Below, piece by piece: positions 1 through 7,733 of a stretch of DNA of 17,580 bases. Both the position numbers and the translations under genes were made by a program. This DNA comes from Clostridiales bacterium. Lineage in GTDB: Bacteria > Bacillota > Clostridia > Oscillospirales > CAG-272. The DNA lies in contig DXYE01000055.1 in the NCBI GenBank assembly GCA_019415985.1, positions 1-17,580 on the forward strand, written 5' to 3'. The notes beneath the pieces are model-generated. The model was not told the DNA's origin. It worked only from the letters and a program-made list of their open reading frames with translations, and did no database searches. Position 1 is the first letter of the stretch, and every line of letters begins with the position of its first letter.

Positions 1-111
1 GTTATATAATCCATGATATAATTATTTCATGAAAAACCGAGGTTAGGGATTTATGTCTGACAAAATGCTTCGTATGTAAATCCAATTTTAGAATGAAAGG
101 CTGGAGAAAAA

Positions 112-768
112 ATGCAAAAAAACTTATATTCGTTGATTCTATCAGAAAATGTGGTAGCAGCAGTTGACCGGCTGGCACATTCTATGAATACCAATCGCTC
201 CAATATGGTCAACCAAATATTGGCAGAATATGTTTCCTATGTTACGCCGGAAAAAAGAATGCGGCAGATTTTTCAGCGACTGGAGGCTATCCTGTCTCAG
301 GGGGGGGACTTTCAGATATTGGCACAGCCCTCGGATTCCGTATTTCAGCTAAGATCAGCCTTGGCATTTAAGTATAATCCGACGGTCCGTTACAGTGTCG
401 AGCTGTTCAGACGTACCGCTACGGGGGCAGGAGAACTCCGTGTTTCACTGCGTACGCAAAACAGCACACTCGGATTGTATATCCTTCAGTTCTTCAAGCT
501 TTGGACTAAAATAGAGCATAGTTATCGTCCTGAAACGGAAAGTGCTTTAGAAGACGGGAAGTTCGTCAAAAAACTGAATGTACACTTGCCTCAGGAAAAC
601 GCAGAAGGCGGCCCTGAGCTTTTAGCCAGCGCAATTTCAGCATATATAAATGCATTTGATTCGGCAATGAAAGCATTTTTCTATCAGATCAACAACCCAA
701 ATGCAGCGGCTGAGGAGGTAGAGCGAATTTATAAGAATTATATTGGAAGCTGCGAATATCCGATATAG
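112..768 (+). CDS. Ribbon-helix-helix (CopG/Arc/MetJ-like) domain protein with a ~170 aa C-terminal domain of unknown function; putative transcriptional regulator
   Basis: The N-terminal segment YSLILSENVVAAVDRLAHSMNTNRSNMVNQILAEYV has the beta-strand/helix/helix pattern typical of RHH DNA-binding domains. GGAG lies 7 nt upstream of ATG 112. The gene ends 78 nt upstream of clpB on the same strand. Confidence 0.5.
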   Translation: MQKNLYSLILSENVVAAVDRLAHSMNTNRSNMVNQILAEYVSYVTPEKRMRQIFQRLEAILSQGGDFQILAQPSDSVFQLRSALAFKYNPTVRYSVELFRRTATGAGELRVSLRTQNSTLGLYILQFFKLWTKIEHSYRPETESALEDGKFVKKLNVHLPQENAEGGPELLASAISAYINAFDSAMKAFFYQINNPNAAAEEVERIYKNYIGSCEYPI

Positions 769-846
769 CGTCAGATCACAAAATGGAAGCATGATATTAA
801 TTATAAAGGAAAGGAAACCTCTCGAACAAAGAGGGCGGGAAGCTAT

Positions 847-3447
847 ATGAATCTGCAAAAATTCACACAAAAAAGCATAGAGGCCGTACAGGCCGCGCAG
901 AGCATGACCATAGCAAGCGGAAATCAGCAGATGGGTCAGGAGCATCTGTTGCTTGCGCTTACAGAACAGCAGAATGGCCTGATTGCCGAGCTGTTTCGCA
1001 AAGCCGGCGCATCGCCGGAATCCATTTCCGCATCTCTGCGTCAGGCTATCGAACGTTTGCCTAAGGTAAGCGGAGGCATTGAACCTGATAAAATTTATAT
1101 ATCAAGAGACGTTGAACAAGCACTGACAGAAGCGGAACGTCAGTCGGAAAAAATGAAGGATGATTTTGTTTCCGTCGAGCATATTATGCTGGGAATTCTT
1201 CAGAAACCGCAGGAGAATATCAAACGGATCCTGACGGACGCCGGGGTGACAAAGGACAGCTTTCAGAAAGTACTGAAAGTAGTAAGAGGAAACCAGCATG
1301 TGACAACGGATAACCCGGAAGGTACCTATGATGTACTGAATAAATACGGGCAGGATCTTGTGGAGCTTGCCCGCCAGCAGAAACTTGATCCTGTCATCGG
1401 CAGGGATGATGAAATTCGTAATGTGATCAGAATTCTTTCCAGAAAAACAAAAAACAATCCCTGCTTGATAGGTGAACCGGGCGTGGGTAAAACGGCCATA
1501 GCAGAAGGATTGGCACTTCGAATCGTCCGTGGAGACGTACCGGATAACCTGAAAAACAGACGGCTGTTTTCGCTGGATATGGGGGCACTGATTGCCGGTG
1601 CAAAATTCCGTGGTGAGTTTGAGGAACGTCTGAAAGCGGTTCTCAATGAAATAAAGGCAAGCGATGGCAATATCATTCTCTTCATCGACGAGCTGCATAC
1701 GATTGTCGGAGCCGGAAAAAGCGACGGCGCAATGGATGCGGGAAATCTGCTCAAGCCCATGCTGGCCAGAGGAGAACTGCATTGCATCGGTGCAACAACC
1801 CTCAATGAATACCGGCAGTATATCGAGAAGGATGCGGCACTGGAACGGCGTTTCCAGCCGGTCATGGTAGATGAGCCGACGGTTGAGGATACCATTTCCA
1901 TTCTCCGAGGATTGAAGGAACGATATGAGGTATATCATGGCGTAAAAATCCAGGACCAAGCGCTGATAGCTGCGGCTGTACTGTCCAACCGGTATATTTC
2001 CGACCGTTTTTTGCCGGATAAGGCGATCGATTTGGTTGATGAAGCATGCGCGTTGATCAAAACCGAGATCGACAGCATGCCAACGGAAATGGATGAAATT
2101 TCGCATAAAATTATGCAGTTGGAAATTGAAGAGGCTGCCTTAAAGAAGGAAAAGGATAAGCTCTCAGAAGAGCATCTGCATCAGATTCAAGAGGAATTGG
2201 CAAATGACCGCGACCGCTTTACTTCTATGAAGGCGAAATGGGAGAACGAAAAGCAGTCGATTGAAAAGGTGCAAAAGCTCCGCGAGGAAATCGAGCAGAC
2301 GAACGCGCAGATTGAACGTGCACAGAATGAATATGATCTGGGACGCGCTGCGGAATTGAAATATGGAAAACTGCCTCAGCTCCAGAAAGAACTGGCGGAG
2401 CAGGAGGCGAAAGCCGAAACCAATAAAAACACACTGCTGCGCGACCGTGTCACAGAGGAAGAGATTGCACGGATTGTAGCGAGATGGACAGGAATACCGG
2501 TCTCTAAACTTATGGAAGGGGAACGGGAAAAGCTGCTGCATCTGGATGATACGCTTCACGCACGTGTAATCGGACAGGATGAAGCGGTAGAAAAGGTGTG
2601 TGACGCCATACTCCGTTCCCGCGCAGGCATTCAGGATCCGAGACGCCCGATCGGCTCCTTCCTGTTTCTGGGACCGACCGGCGTTGGAAAAACGGAGCTG
2701 GCAAAAGCATTGGCGCAGGCGTTGTTCGACGATGAGCACAATATGGTGCGTATCGATATGAGCGAATATATGGAGAAATATTCCGTATCTCGCCTAATCG
2801 GAGCGCCCCCCGGTTACGTTGGATATGACGAAGGCGGTCAGCTAACGGAAGCTGTACGCAGAAAGCCTTACGCGGTTGTTTTGTTTGACGAGGTAGAAAA
2901 GGCGCATCCCGATGTGTTCAATGTACTGCTGCAGGTACTTGACGACGGAAGAATTACCGACAGCCAGGGAAGAACCGTTGACTTTAAAAATACCATTATC
3001 ATTATGACGTCAAACCTCGGTTCAGATATCATACTCGATGGCATAGAGAGCAACGGAGAAATCAGCACACAGGCGCGTGAAAGCGTATCCTTGCTGCTCA
3101 AACGCAGTTTCCGTCCCGAATTTCTTAACCGGTTGGATGAGATCGTATTCTACAAACCGCTGACGAAGGAGAATATTTACGGTATTGTAGATTTGCTGAT
3201 TGCTGATTTGGAAAAACGGCTGTCTGAGAAGCAGCTTCACATTACCGTGACCAATGCTGCCAAGGATTATATAATGGAACAAGGATACGATCCGGTTTAC
3301 GGCGCCCGTCCGCTAAAACGTTTTCTACAGTCACGCGTGGAGACGTTGCTGGCCAGAAAAATGATTGCTGAGGATCTGGAGCCGGGTACTCGGCTGACGG
3401 TGGATGTGGTAAACGGAAACCTTCAAGCCGAGGCATCAACTAAATAA
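847..3447 (+). CDS. clpB: ATP-dependent chaperone ClpB (Hsp100 disaggregase)
   Basis: 866 aa. N-terminal Clp repeat domain. Two AAA+ modules with Walker A motifs [15 protein letters not shown] and [16 protein letters not shown] long coiled-coil middle domain ([21 protein letters not shown]...) sits between the two NBDs, and the sensor/C-terminal D2 small domain is present. This is the typical ClpB length and architecture. Confidence 0.95.
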   Translation: MNLQKFTQKSIEAVQAAQSMTIASGNQQMGQEHLLLALTEQQNGLIAELFRKAGASPESISASLRQAIERLPKVSGGIEPDKIYISRDVEQALTEAERQSEKMKDDFVSVEHIMLGILQKPQENIKRILTDAGVTKDSFQKVLKVVRGNQHVTTDNPEGTYDVLNKYGQDLVELARQQKLDPVIGRDDEIRNVIRILSRKTKNNPCLIGEPGVGKTAIAEGLALRIVRGDVPDNLKNRRLFSLDMGALIAGAKFRGEFEERLKAVLNEIKASDGNIILFIDELHTIVGAGKSDGAMDAGNLLKPMLARGELHCIGATTLNEYRQYIEKDAALERRFQPVMVDEPTVEDTISILRGLKERYEVYHGVKIQDQALIAAAVLSNRYISDRFLPDKAIDLVDEACALIKTEIDSMPTEMDEISHKIMQLEIEEAALKKEKDKLSEEHLHQIQEELANDRDRFTSMKAKWENEKQSIEKVQKLREEIEQTNAQIERAQNEYDLGRAAELKYGKLPQLQKELAEQEAKAETNKNTLLRDRVTEEEIARIVARWTGIPVSKLMEGEREKLLHLDDTLHARVIGQDEAVEKVCDAILRSRAGIQDPRRPIGSFLFLGPTGVGKTELAKALAQALFDDEHNMVRIDMSEYMEKYSVSRLIGAPPGYVGYDEGGQLTEAVRRKPYAVVLFDEVEKAHPDVFNVLLQVLDDGRITDSQGRTVDFKNTIIIMTSNLGSDIILDGIESNGEISTQARESVSLLLKRSFRPEFLNRLDEIVFYKPLTKENIYGIVDLLIADLEKRLSEKQLHITVTNAAKDYIMEQGYDPVYGARPLKRFLQSRVETLLARKMIAEDLEPGTRLTVDVVNGNLQAEASTK

Positions 3448-3491
3448 GTGCGATTGAGCGCAAAAACGTATTTGGGGAGCATTATGAAGTA

Positions 3492-3537
3492 CAAGGGGCT
3501 TTTTGATAAAAGGCCCCTTGTGCTTTCTGTTTTTATT
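3492..3537 (+). terminator. Rho-independent terminator downstream of clpB
   Basis: Hairpin caaggggc-tttttgataaaa-ggcccctt (8 bp GC-rich stem) is followed by a T-rich tract gtgctttctgtttttatt. It starts 45 nt after the clpB stop. Confidence 0.7.
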
Positions 3538-3642
3538 ACGATTCTGCTTTTGATGACCGATGTCATACTCACCGGCATCTGCATCGGATTTTTGTTCGCA
3601 AACATGGATGCACCTGCCAAAAGCACCGGTTTACTGACCTCA

Positions 3643-3671
3643 TTGCTTTTTCGTCTCCAATATGCTATAAT
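3643..3671 (+). promoter_or_regulatory. Sigma-A type promoter with extended -10 (TTGCTT - 17 nt - TGcTATAAT) driving the WYL regulator genes
   Basis: -35 TTGCTT at 3643-3648, exact 17 nt spacer, TG at 3663-3664 and TATAAT at 3666-3671. The predicted TSS is ~3678, about 50 nt upstream of the first WYL ORF start. Confidence 0.55.
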
Positions 3672-3728
3672 GTGCACGGCATAAAATTTTTCGATACGAC
3701 TTAAAAACGAAAAAAGGGGGTGAACAGT

Positions 3729-4982
3729 ATGTCCTCTTACAGCGAGTTGATTAAGAATTTTGAAAAGATCCGCAGCTATATGCGCGAGTTTTATGTATAC
3801 GGCTTTAAGAGCCGGGAGGATTACGACAAAAAGAGCGCACGTTCTTACGATGATGAGCGTCGCCGCATGGAAAGCTGGCTTGGCAATCATATGAGTTTTA
3901 TACGAACACCGGAAGGTAAGACCATGTTCATCTCCATTGACAGCCGGGTGTCCCATCACAATCCTCTATATAAAGCCCTGAAGGCAAAGAGCTTTACCGA
4001 CAGAGACATTACGCTTCATTTCATCCTATTCGATATTCTGCATAGCCCCGATGTGAGCCTTTCGCTGCCCGAAATTCTGAATCGACTCGATTCTTATTTG
4101 TCCGAATTTGAAGCGATGATGGTTTTCGATGAGTCAACCCTAAGAAAGAAACTAAAGGAGTACATCGAACAGGGCGTCATTACCGCTGAAAAGGTCGGCA
4201 GAAAAATGATGTACCGAAGAGCAGAGAACACCGAAATCGGAAATCTTGGTGATGTTCTGCATTATTATTCCGAGGTTGCCCCGTGCGGCGTGATCGGTTC
4301 TTTTCTTCTTGATAAAGAGGACAAGGACGGATCTCTTTTCAGTTTTAAGCATCATTACATAACCGGCGCCATAGATAGCAATGTGCTGGCAATGCTTTTT
4401 ACGGCCATGCAAAAGAAAAGCGTTGTCACCGTATCCAATTTCAGCCGACGAGCCGACGAGCCGAGAAGAAACCGAATCATTCCGCTTCGTATTTTCATCA
4501 GCGTGCAAAACGGCAGGCAATACCTTCTTGCGTATCAGCCCGACTTCAACGTGATCAAATCCTTCCGTATTGATTACCTATCGGATGTAAAAATTGAAGA
4601 ACGTACGCCCCGTTTTGATGAGCTGCGGGCTGAGCTTGTTAGGATGCAGCCGAAAATGTGGGGTGTTACCGCAAAGAAGAACCGATACGGCGAAGAGCGG
4701 GTGGAGCACGTAGATTTTACCGTAAAGATCGGTAAGGGAGAGGCATATATTATCCGCCGTCTTGAGCGAGAGAAGCGAAACGGTAAGGTAGAGAAGATTG
4801 ATGATCAAACCTGGCGTTTTACCGCCGATGTGTACGATACAAGCGAAATGATTCCGTGGATTCGCACATTCATTTGCAGAATCACGAAACTGAATTTCTC
4901 CAACCGAACTGTTGAAAATCAATTCAAGCGTGACCTTGCAGAGATGTACCGTATGTATGGTATCGGGGAGGCGGAAGTTTGA
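3729..4982 (+). CDS. WYL domain-containing transcriptional regulator (HTH-WYL-WCX architecture, PafB/PafC/BrxR/CapW-like) with a ~100 aa N-terminal extension
   Basis: Winged-helix segment LPEILNRLDSYLSEF...STLRKKLKEYIEQGVITAEKVGRKMMYRR. WYL-like core RIIPLRIFISVQNGRQYLLAYQPDFNVIKSFRIDYL. C-terminal WCX-like tail EMIPWIRTFICRITKLNFSNRTVENQFKRDLAEMYRMYG. Best start is ATG 3729, where GGGGGTG lies 6 nt upstream; the ORF track used GTG 3720. Confidence 0.6.
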   Translation: MSSYSELIKNFEKIRSYMREFYVYGFKSREDYDKKSARSYDDERRRMESWLGNHMSFIRTPEGKTMFISIDSRVSHHNPLYKALKAKSFTDRDITLHFILFDILHSPDVSLSLPEILNRLDSYLSEFEAMMVFDESTLRKKLKEYIEQGVITAEKVGRKMMYRRAENTEIGNLGDVLHYYSEVAPCGVIGSFLLDKEDKDGSLFSFKHHYITGAIDSNVLAMLFTAMQKKSVVTVSNFSRRADEPRRNRIIPLRIFISVQNGRQYLLAYQPDFNVIKSFRIDYLSDVKIEERTPRFDELRAELVRMQPKMWGVTAKKNRYGEERVEHVDFTVKIGKGEAYIIRRLEREKRNGKVEKIDDQTWRFTADVYDTSEMIPWIRTFICRITKLNFSNRTVENQFKRDLAEMYRMYGIGEAEV

Positions 4983-4994
4983 AAGATTTATCTT

Positions 4995-6020
4995 TTGAAG
5001 CCTGTTTTGTGCATTTCTCCGCCCAAGTGGGCAGCGATTTTGCTTGGTAATCCCCACACAATACCGAAAGAAGGATGCTTTCGCTACACGAAAGCTATGG
5101 TCATAGGAATGATATTCAATGAGATCTATTCTGCCTACTATAATACTGTTGCAAAGGTTATTTCAGAGATCCTCGACGGGAACATTTCGGAAAAGGATCT
5201 GAACCGAATCGTTTGCGACAATGCTTTCGGTGAGAGCATACTCACCATCCTTCCATCTCTGAAAAACGGGAAGTGGCCGTTGATCAAGTCCGATATGACC
5301 ACGCCTCTGAAGCACAAGCCCTCCATGCCCCTGACGCTTATTCAAAAGCAGTGGCTGAAGGCAGTATCTCTTGACCCACGTATCAGACTTTTTGGCGTGG
5401 AATTTCATGGTCTCGACGATGTGGAACCGCTTTTCACTTCTGAGGATTACGTGGTTTACGATAAATACGGAGACGGCGATCCTTATTGGGATGAAGAATA
5501 TATTGCAAGATTTCGTACGGTTTTGTCTGCTTTGAAGAACCAGAAGCCCTTAAAAATTACAACGGTCAATCGCAGGAGCAATTTGATTTCAATGAACGTT
5601 ATGCCAACAAGATTTGAATATTCCGAAAAGGATGATAAGTTCCGATTGATCTGTACCGGATGCCGGTACGGAGGCGTTGTGAATCTTGCACGGATGGTTT
5701 CATGCGAAATTTGCACAGTCGCAGATTTTGAATGCCGTCCATCTGTCCAACCTATTAAAAAAACGATAACCCTTCGTATTCTCGATGACCGCAATGCTTT
5801 GGAACGTGCAATGCTTCACTTTGCACACTTTGAAAAGCAGGCAGAGCAAATCGACAGTACCCATTATCTTGTACGCATTCGATATGATAAAGACGATGAA
5901 ACTGAAATGGTGATTCGTATTTTGAGCTTTGGTCCGATGGTAGAGGTAATGGAGCCCGAGAGTTTCAGAAAATTGATAACGGATCGCCTACAAAGGCAGA
6001 AAAGCTGTGGACTTTTTTAA
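4995..6020 (+). CDS. Second WYL domain-containing regulator (WYL-WCX). The start codon is ambiguous: TTG 4995, TTG 5040, ATG 5097 or ATG 5109.
   Basis: WYL-like segment KITTVNRRSNLISMNVMPTRFEYSEKDDKFRLICTGCRYGGVVNLARMVSCEI. Very typical WCX C-terminus EMVIRILSFGPMVEVMEPESFRKLITDRLQRQ. The reading frame is the same as the upstream WYL ORF, and a single TGA (4980-4982) separates them. Confidence 0.55.
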   Translation: MKPVLCISPPKWAAILLGNPHTIPKEGCFRYTKAMVIGMIFNEIYSAYYNTVAKVISEILDGNISEKDLNRIVCDNAFGESILTILPSLKNGKWPLIKSDMTTPLKHKPSMPLTLIQKQWLKAVSLDPRIRLFGVEFHGLDDVEPLFTSEDYVVYDKYGDGDPYWDEEYIARFRTVLSALKNQKPLKITTVNRRSNLISMNVMPTRFEYSEKDDKFRLICTGCRYGGVVNLARMVSCEICTVADFECRPSVQPIKKTITLRILDDRNALERAMLHFAHFEKQAEQIDSTHYLVRIRYDKDDETEMVIRILSFGPMVEVMEPESFRKLITDRLQRQKSCGLF

Positions 6021-6037
6021 GTTCGCAGCTTTTTTTC
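6001..6037 (+). terminator. Possible weak intrinsic terminator or first hairpin of the downstream structured region
   Basis: aaagctg (6001-6007) pairs with cagcttt (6026-6032) as a 7 bp stem. The 18 nt loop contains the stop codon. A T tract runs 6030-6036. Confidence 0.3.
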
Positions 6038-6170
6038 CGTGTTTATTGCTTTATAAACTGGTAAAATATGCTTGCAAGGACGCTTCAAGCGTGTGTTTGA
6101 GATCAACTTTCACCGCGGTACACCTGGCTATGCCGACGTGTATGCCAGAAGTTTCTCTTGCTCCGTGAAA

Positions 6171-6342
6171 TCGAGAAAGAGTGAAAGCTCTCGAATCGAT
6201 GGGGTCAACTCCCCAAAAGGACCTGACAAGTCCGTCTAGCGCGGGTTCGAGTCCCGCCGTATGCAATGAAAGCATATCGCCAGTGGTTTGGTAGCGCCGG
6301 AAACGGCAAAAAAGCGGTGTGCGAAAGCACGCGAGATCGTTT
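6171..6342 (+). ncRNA. Candidate structured ncRNA with a tRNA-like module (anticodon-arm-like hairpin, perfect T-arm, downstream GNRA hairpins, T-run)
   Basis: Hairpins: cgaga-N12-tctcg (6171-6194); gggg-tcaact-cccc (6201-6214); ggac-ctgacaa-gtcc (6219-6233, a 7 nt loop with U33 and a 37-purine, anticodon-like GAC); T-arm gcggg-TTCGAGT-cccgc (6241-6257) matching the tRNA T-loop consensus; tatgc-aatgaaa-gcata (6260-6276); gccg-GAAA-cggc; tgtgc-GAAA-gcacg; then TTTTTT at 6337-6342. No convincing ORF. A canonical cloverleaf (acceptor stem, D-arm) cannot be completed. Confidence 0.3.
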
Positions 6343-6560
6343 TTTAATCTCAAAGCAATTGCTCGGCAGAACGCGAAGGAAATATTCTTTTGTCGAAGCA
6401 ATGCACCATCTGCCTTGTCTGAGAATGGATACCGTGAATCAAACAGACAAACCAAAAGAAAGTCTTTCCGTTTGCTTGTGAGACCACTCAAGTTTTTGGC
6501 CGCAGGTCGTGCATGAGCAATTGCAAACCGTATTTTGACCTTCAGGAGGTATTACATATA

Positions 6561-7661
6561 ATGAAAAAGATTATTGTTAATGAAAATCAAAGAGGCTTTC
6601 TTTTCAAAAACGGTAAGTATGTAAAAATGCTTACTTCCGGTAAATACTACGTTTGCGGCGGGAAGGAAATCGAAGTAGTAAATTTGAACCAGCCTATCGT
6701 ATCCAATCAATGTGCGTTAGATATTATTCTTAAGGATAAAACGGTTGCAAATGCCGTTTCAGTCGTCGAGGTAGCGGACGAGCAGCTTGCACTTCATTTT
6801 GTGAACGGAAAGTTTGCTTCTGTGCTCCGTCACGGTAAGTACGCTTTCTGGTCTGTTATCGACAAGCATGAGTATAAGCTTGTGGATATTTCTACGCCCG
6901 AAGTCAAGAGTGAGGTGCCTGAGTACATCTTCTCTAAAATCCCTGCTATCTATTACACAAAGATAGAAGTTTTGGAGTATCAGAAAGCAAGGCTTTACTT
7001 CAATCAGAAGCTCGTCAGAATTCTGGATGCAGGCACCTACTATTTCTGGAAAATCGGCGTTAAGATCGACGTTGATTTTGTGGATACCAGACTGACGCAG
7101 ATGAATATCACCGGTCAGGAGATTCTGACACGGGATAAGGTTTCACTCCGTATCAATTTCGTCTGCAACTACCGCGTGACAGATTGCGTAAAGATTCTTA
7201 CCGAGATTGATGACTTTGCAGAACAGATTCATGTCGCGGCACAGTTGGCTCTCCGTGAGTATGTAGGCCAATACAAGCTGGATGAAATACTTGAAAATAA
7301 AGCGCAGATGTCCGGGTTTGTATTTGATAAGTTAAAAGCAAAAGAAAAAGATCTGTTTGTGGAAATCAAGGATGCCGGCGTGAAGGATATTATTCTTCCC
7401 GGTGAGATCCGCGAGATCATGAACACCGTCCTGGTGGCTGAAAAGCGTGCGCAGGCCAATGTTATTTCACGCCGCGAGGAGATTGCCTCTACCAGGTCCC
7501 TCCTGAATACAGCAAAGCTGATGGAGGAAAATCAGACCCTTTATAAGCTCAAGGAGCTTGAATACGTCGAGCGTATCTGTGAGAATGTCGGCAACATCAA
7601 TTTGAACGGCAATGGAGATGTTTTAACTCAGCTTACAGGTATTCTCAGGGGCAATACTTAA
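6561..7661 (+). CDS. SPFH/band-7 (stomatin/prohibitin/HflK-like) domain protein with a triplicated N-terminal beta-strand module
   Basis: The C-terminal half (...VKDIILPGEIREIMNTVLVAEKRAQANVISRREEIASTRSLLNTAKLMEEN...) is typical of the SPFH helical region. The N-terminus has three repeats of the motif x-GflF-NGK-x-vL-x-GKYyFW: NQRGFLFKNGKYVKMLTSGKYYVCGG, EQLALHFVNGKFASVLRHGKYAFWSV and QKARLYFNQKLVRILDAGTYYFWKIG. GGAGG lies 11 nt upstream of ATG 6561; an alternative start is ATG 6513. Confidence 0.7.
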   Translation: MKKIIVNENQRGFLFKNGKYVKMLTSGKYYVCGGKEIEVVNLNQPIVSNQCALDIILKDKTVANAVSVVEVADEQLALHFVNGKFASVLRHGKYAFWSVIDKHEYKLVDISTPEVKSEVPEYIFSKIPAIYYTKIEVLEYQKARLYFNQKLVRILDAGTYYFWKIGVKIDVDFVDTRLTQMNITGQEILTRDKVSLRINFVCNYRVTDCVKILTEIDDFAEQIHVAAQLALREYVGQYKLDEILENKAQMSGFVFDKLKAKEKDLFVEIKDAGVKDIILPGEIREIMNTVLVAEKRAQANVISRREEIASTRSLLNTAKLMEENQTLYKLKELEYVERICENVGNINLNGNGDVLTQLTGILRGNT

Positions 7662-7733
7662 TTTTTATGTTCAGGTCGGAAGAAGCTGTTATATTGTTTT
7701 GCCTTCTATCGACTTTTCAGAAAGGAAATCATC

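Noticed and set aside
769-846. CtsR (GGTCAAA repeats) or CIRCE heat-shock operator upstream of clpB
   Set aside because: A direct read of 1-111 and 769-846 finds neither motif.
1102-3439. Multiple minus-strand ORFs (for example 1102-2106, 1326-1901, 2164-2739, 3022-3282) inside clpB
   Set aside because: They are antisense to a confidently identified, motif-rich ClpB reading frame, and their translations are low-complexity (R/S/F/C-rich). These are typical shadow ORFs.
3448-3684. 78 aa hydrophobic '+' ORF (internal ATG 3484 preceded by GGGGAG) that could be a small membrane protein
   Set aside because: It runs straight through the clpB terminator hairpin and its T tract, and through the -35/-10 of the downstream promoter. 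T-rich sequence translates to spurious hydrophobic peptides. It is kept as non-coding, although the good SD means I cannot fully exclude it.
6105-6135. T-box riboswitch on the minus strand (the reverse complement reads CCAGGTGTACCGCGGTG, close to the T-box GGGTGGTACCGCGG)
   Set aside because: There is a one-base deletion relative to consensus, no convincing terminator/antiterminator pair, and no minus-strand gene downstream to regulate. The similarity is probably fortuitous.
6190-6265. Canonical tRNA gene (Val-GAC) or tmRNA
   Set aside because: The T-arm and an anticodon-like arm are present, but no 7 bp acceptor stem can be formed with the 3' strand CGTATGC, the D-arm is non-canonical (4 bp stem, 6 nt loop, no GG), and the spacers are too long. 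For tmRNA, there is no tag-peptide reading frame, no pseudoknot series and no CCA-proximal pairing. It is therefore called only 'tRNA-like'.
6051-6491. 146 aa minus-strand ORF across the structured intergenic region
   Set aside because: Its composition is R/F/C-rich and unlike a real protein. It is antisense to a string of hairpins including the T-arm; reverse translation of T-arms commonly gives such spurious ORFs. It has no SD.
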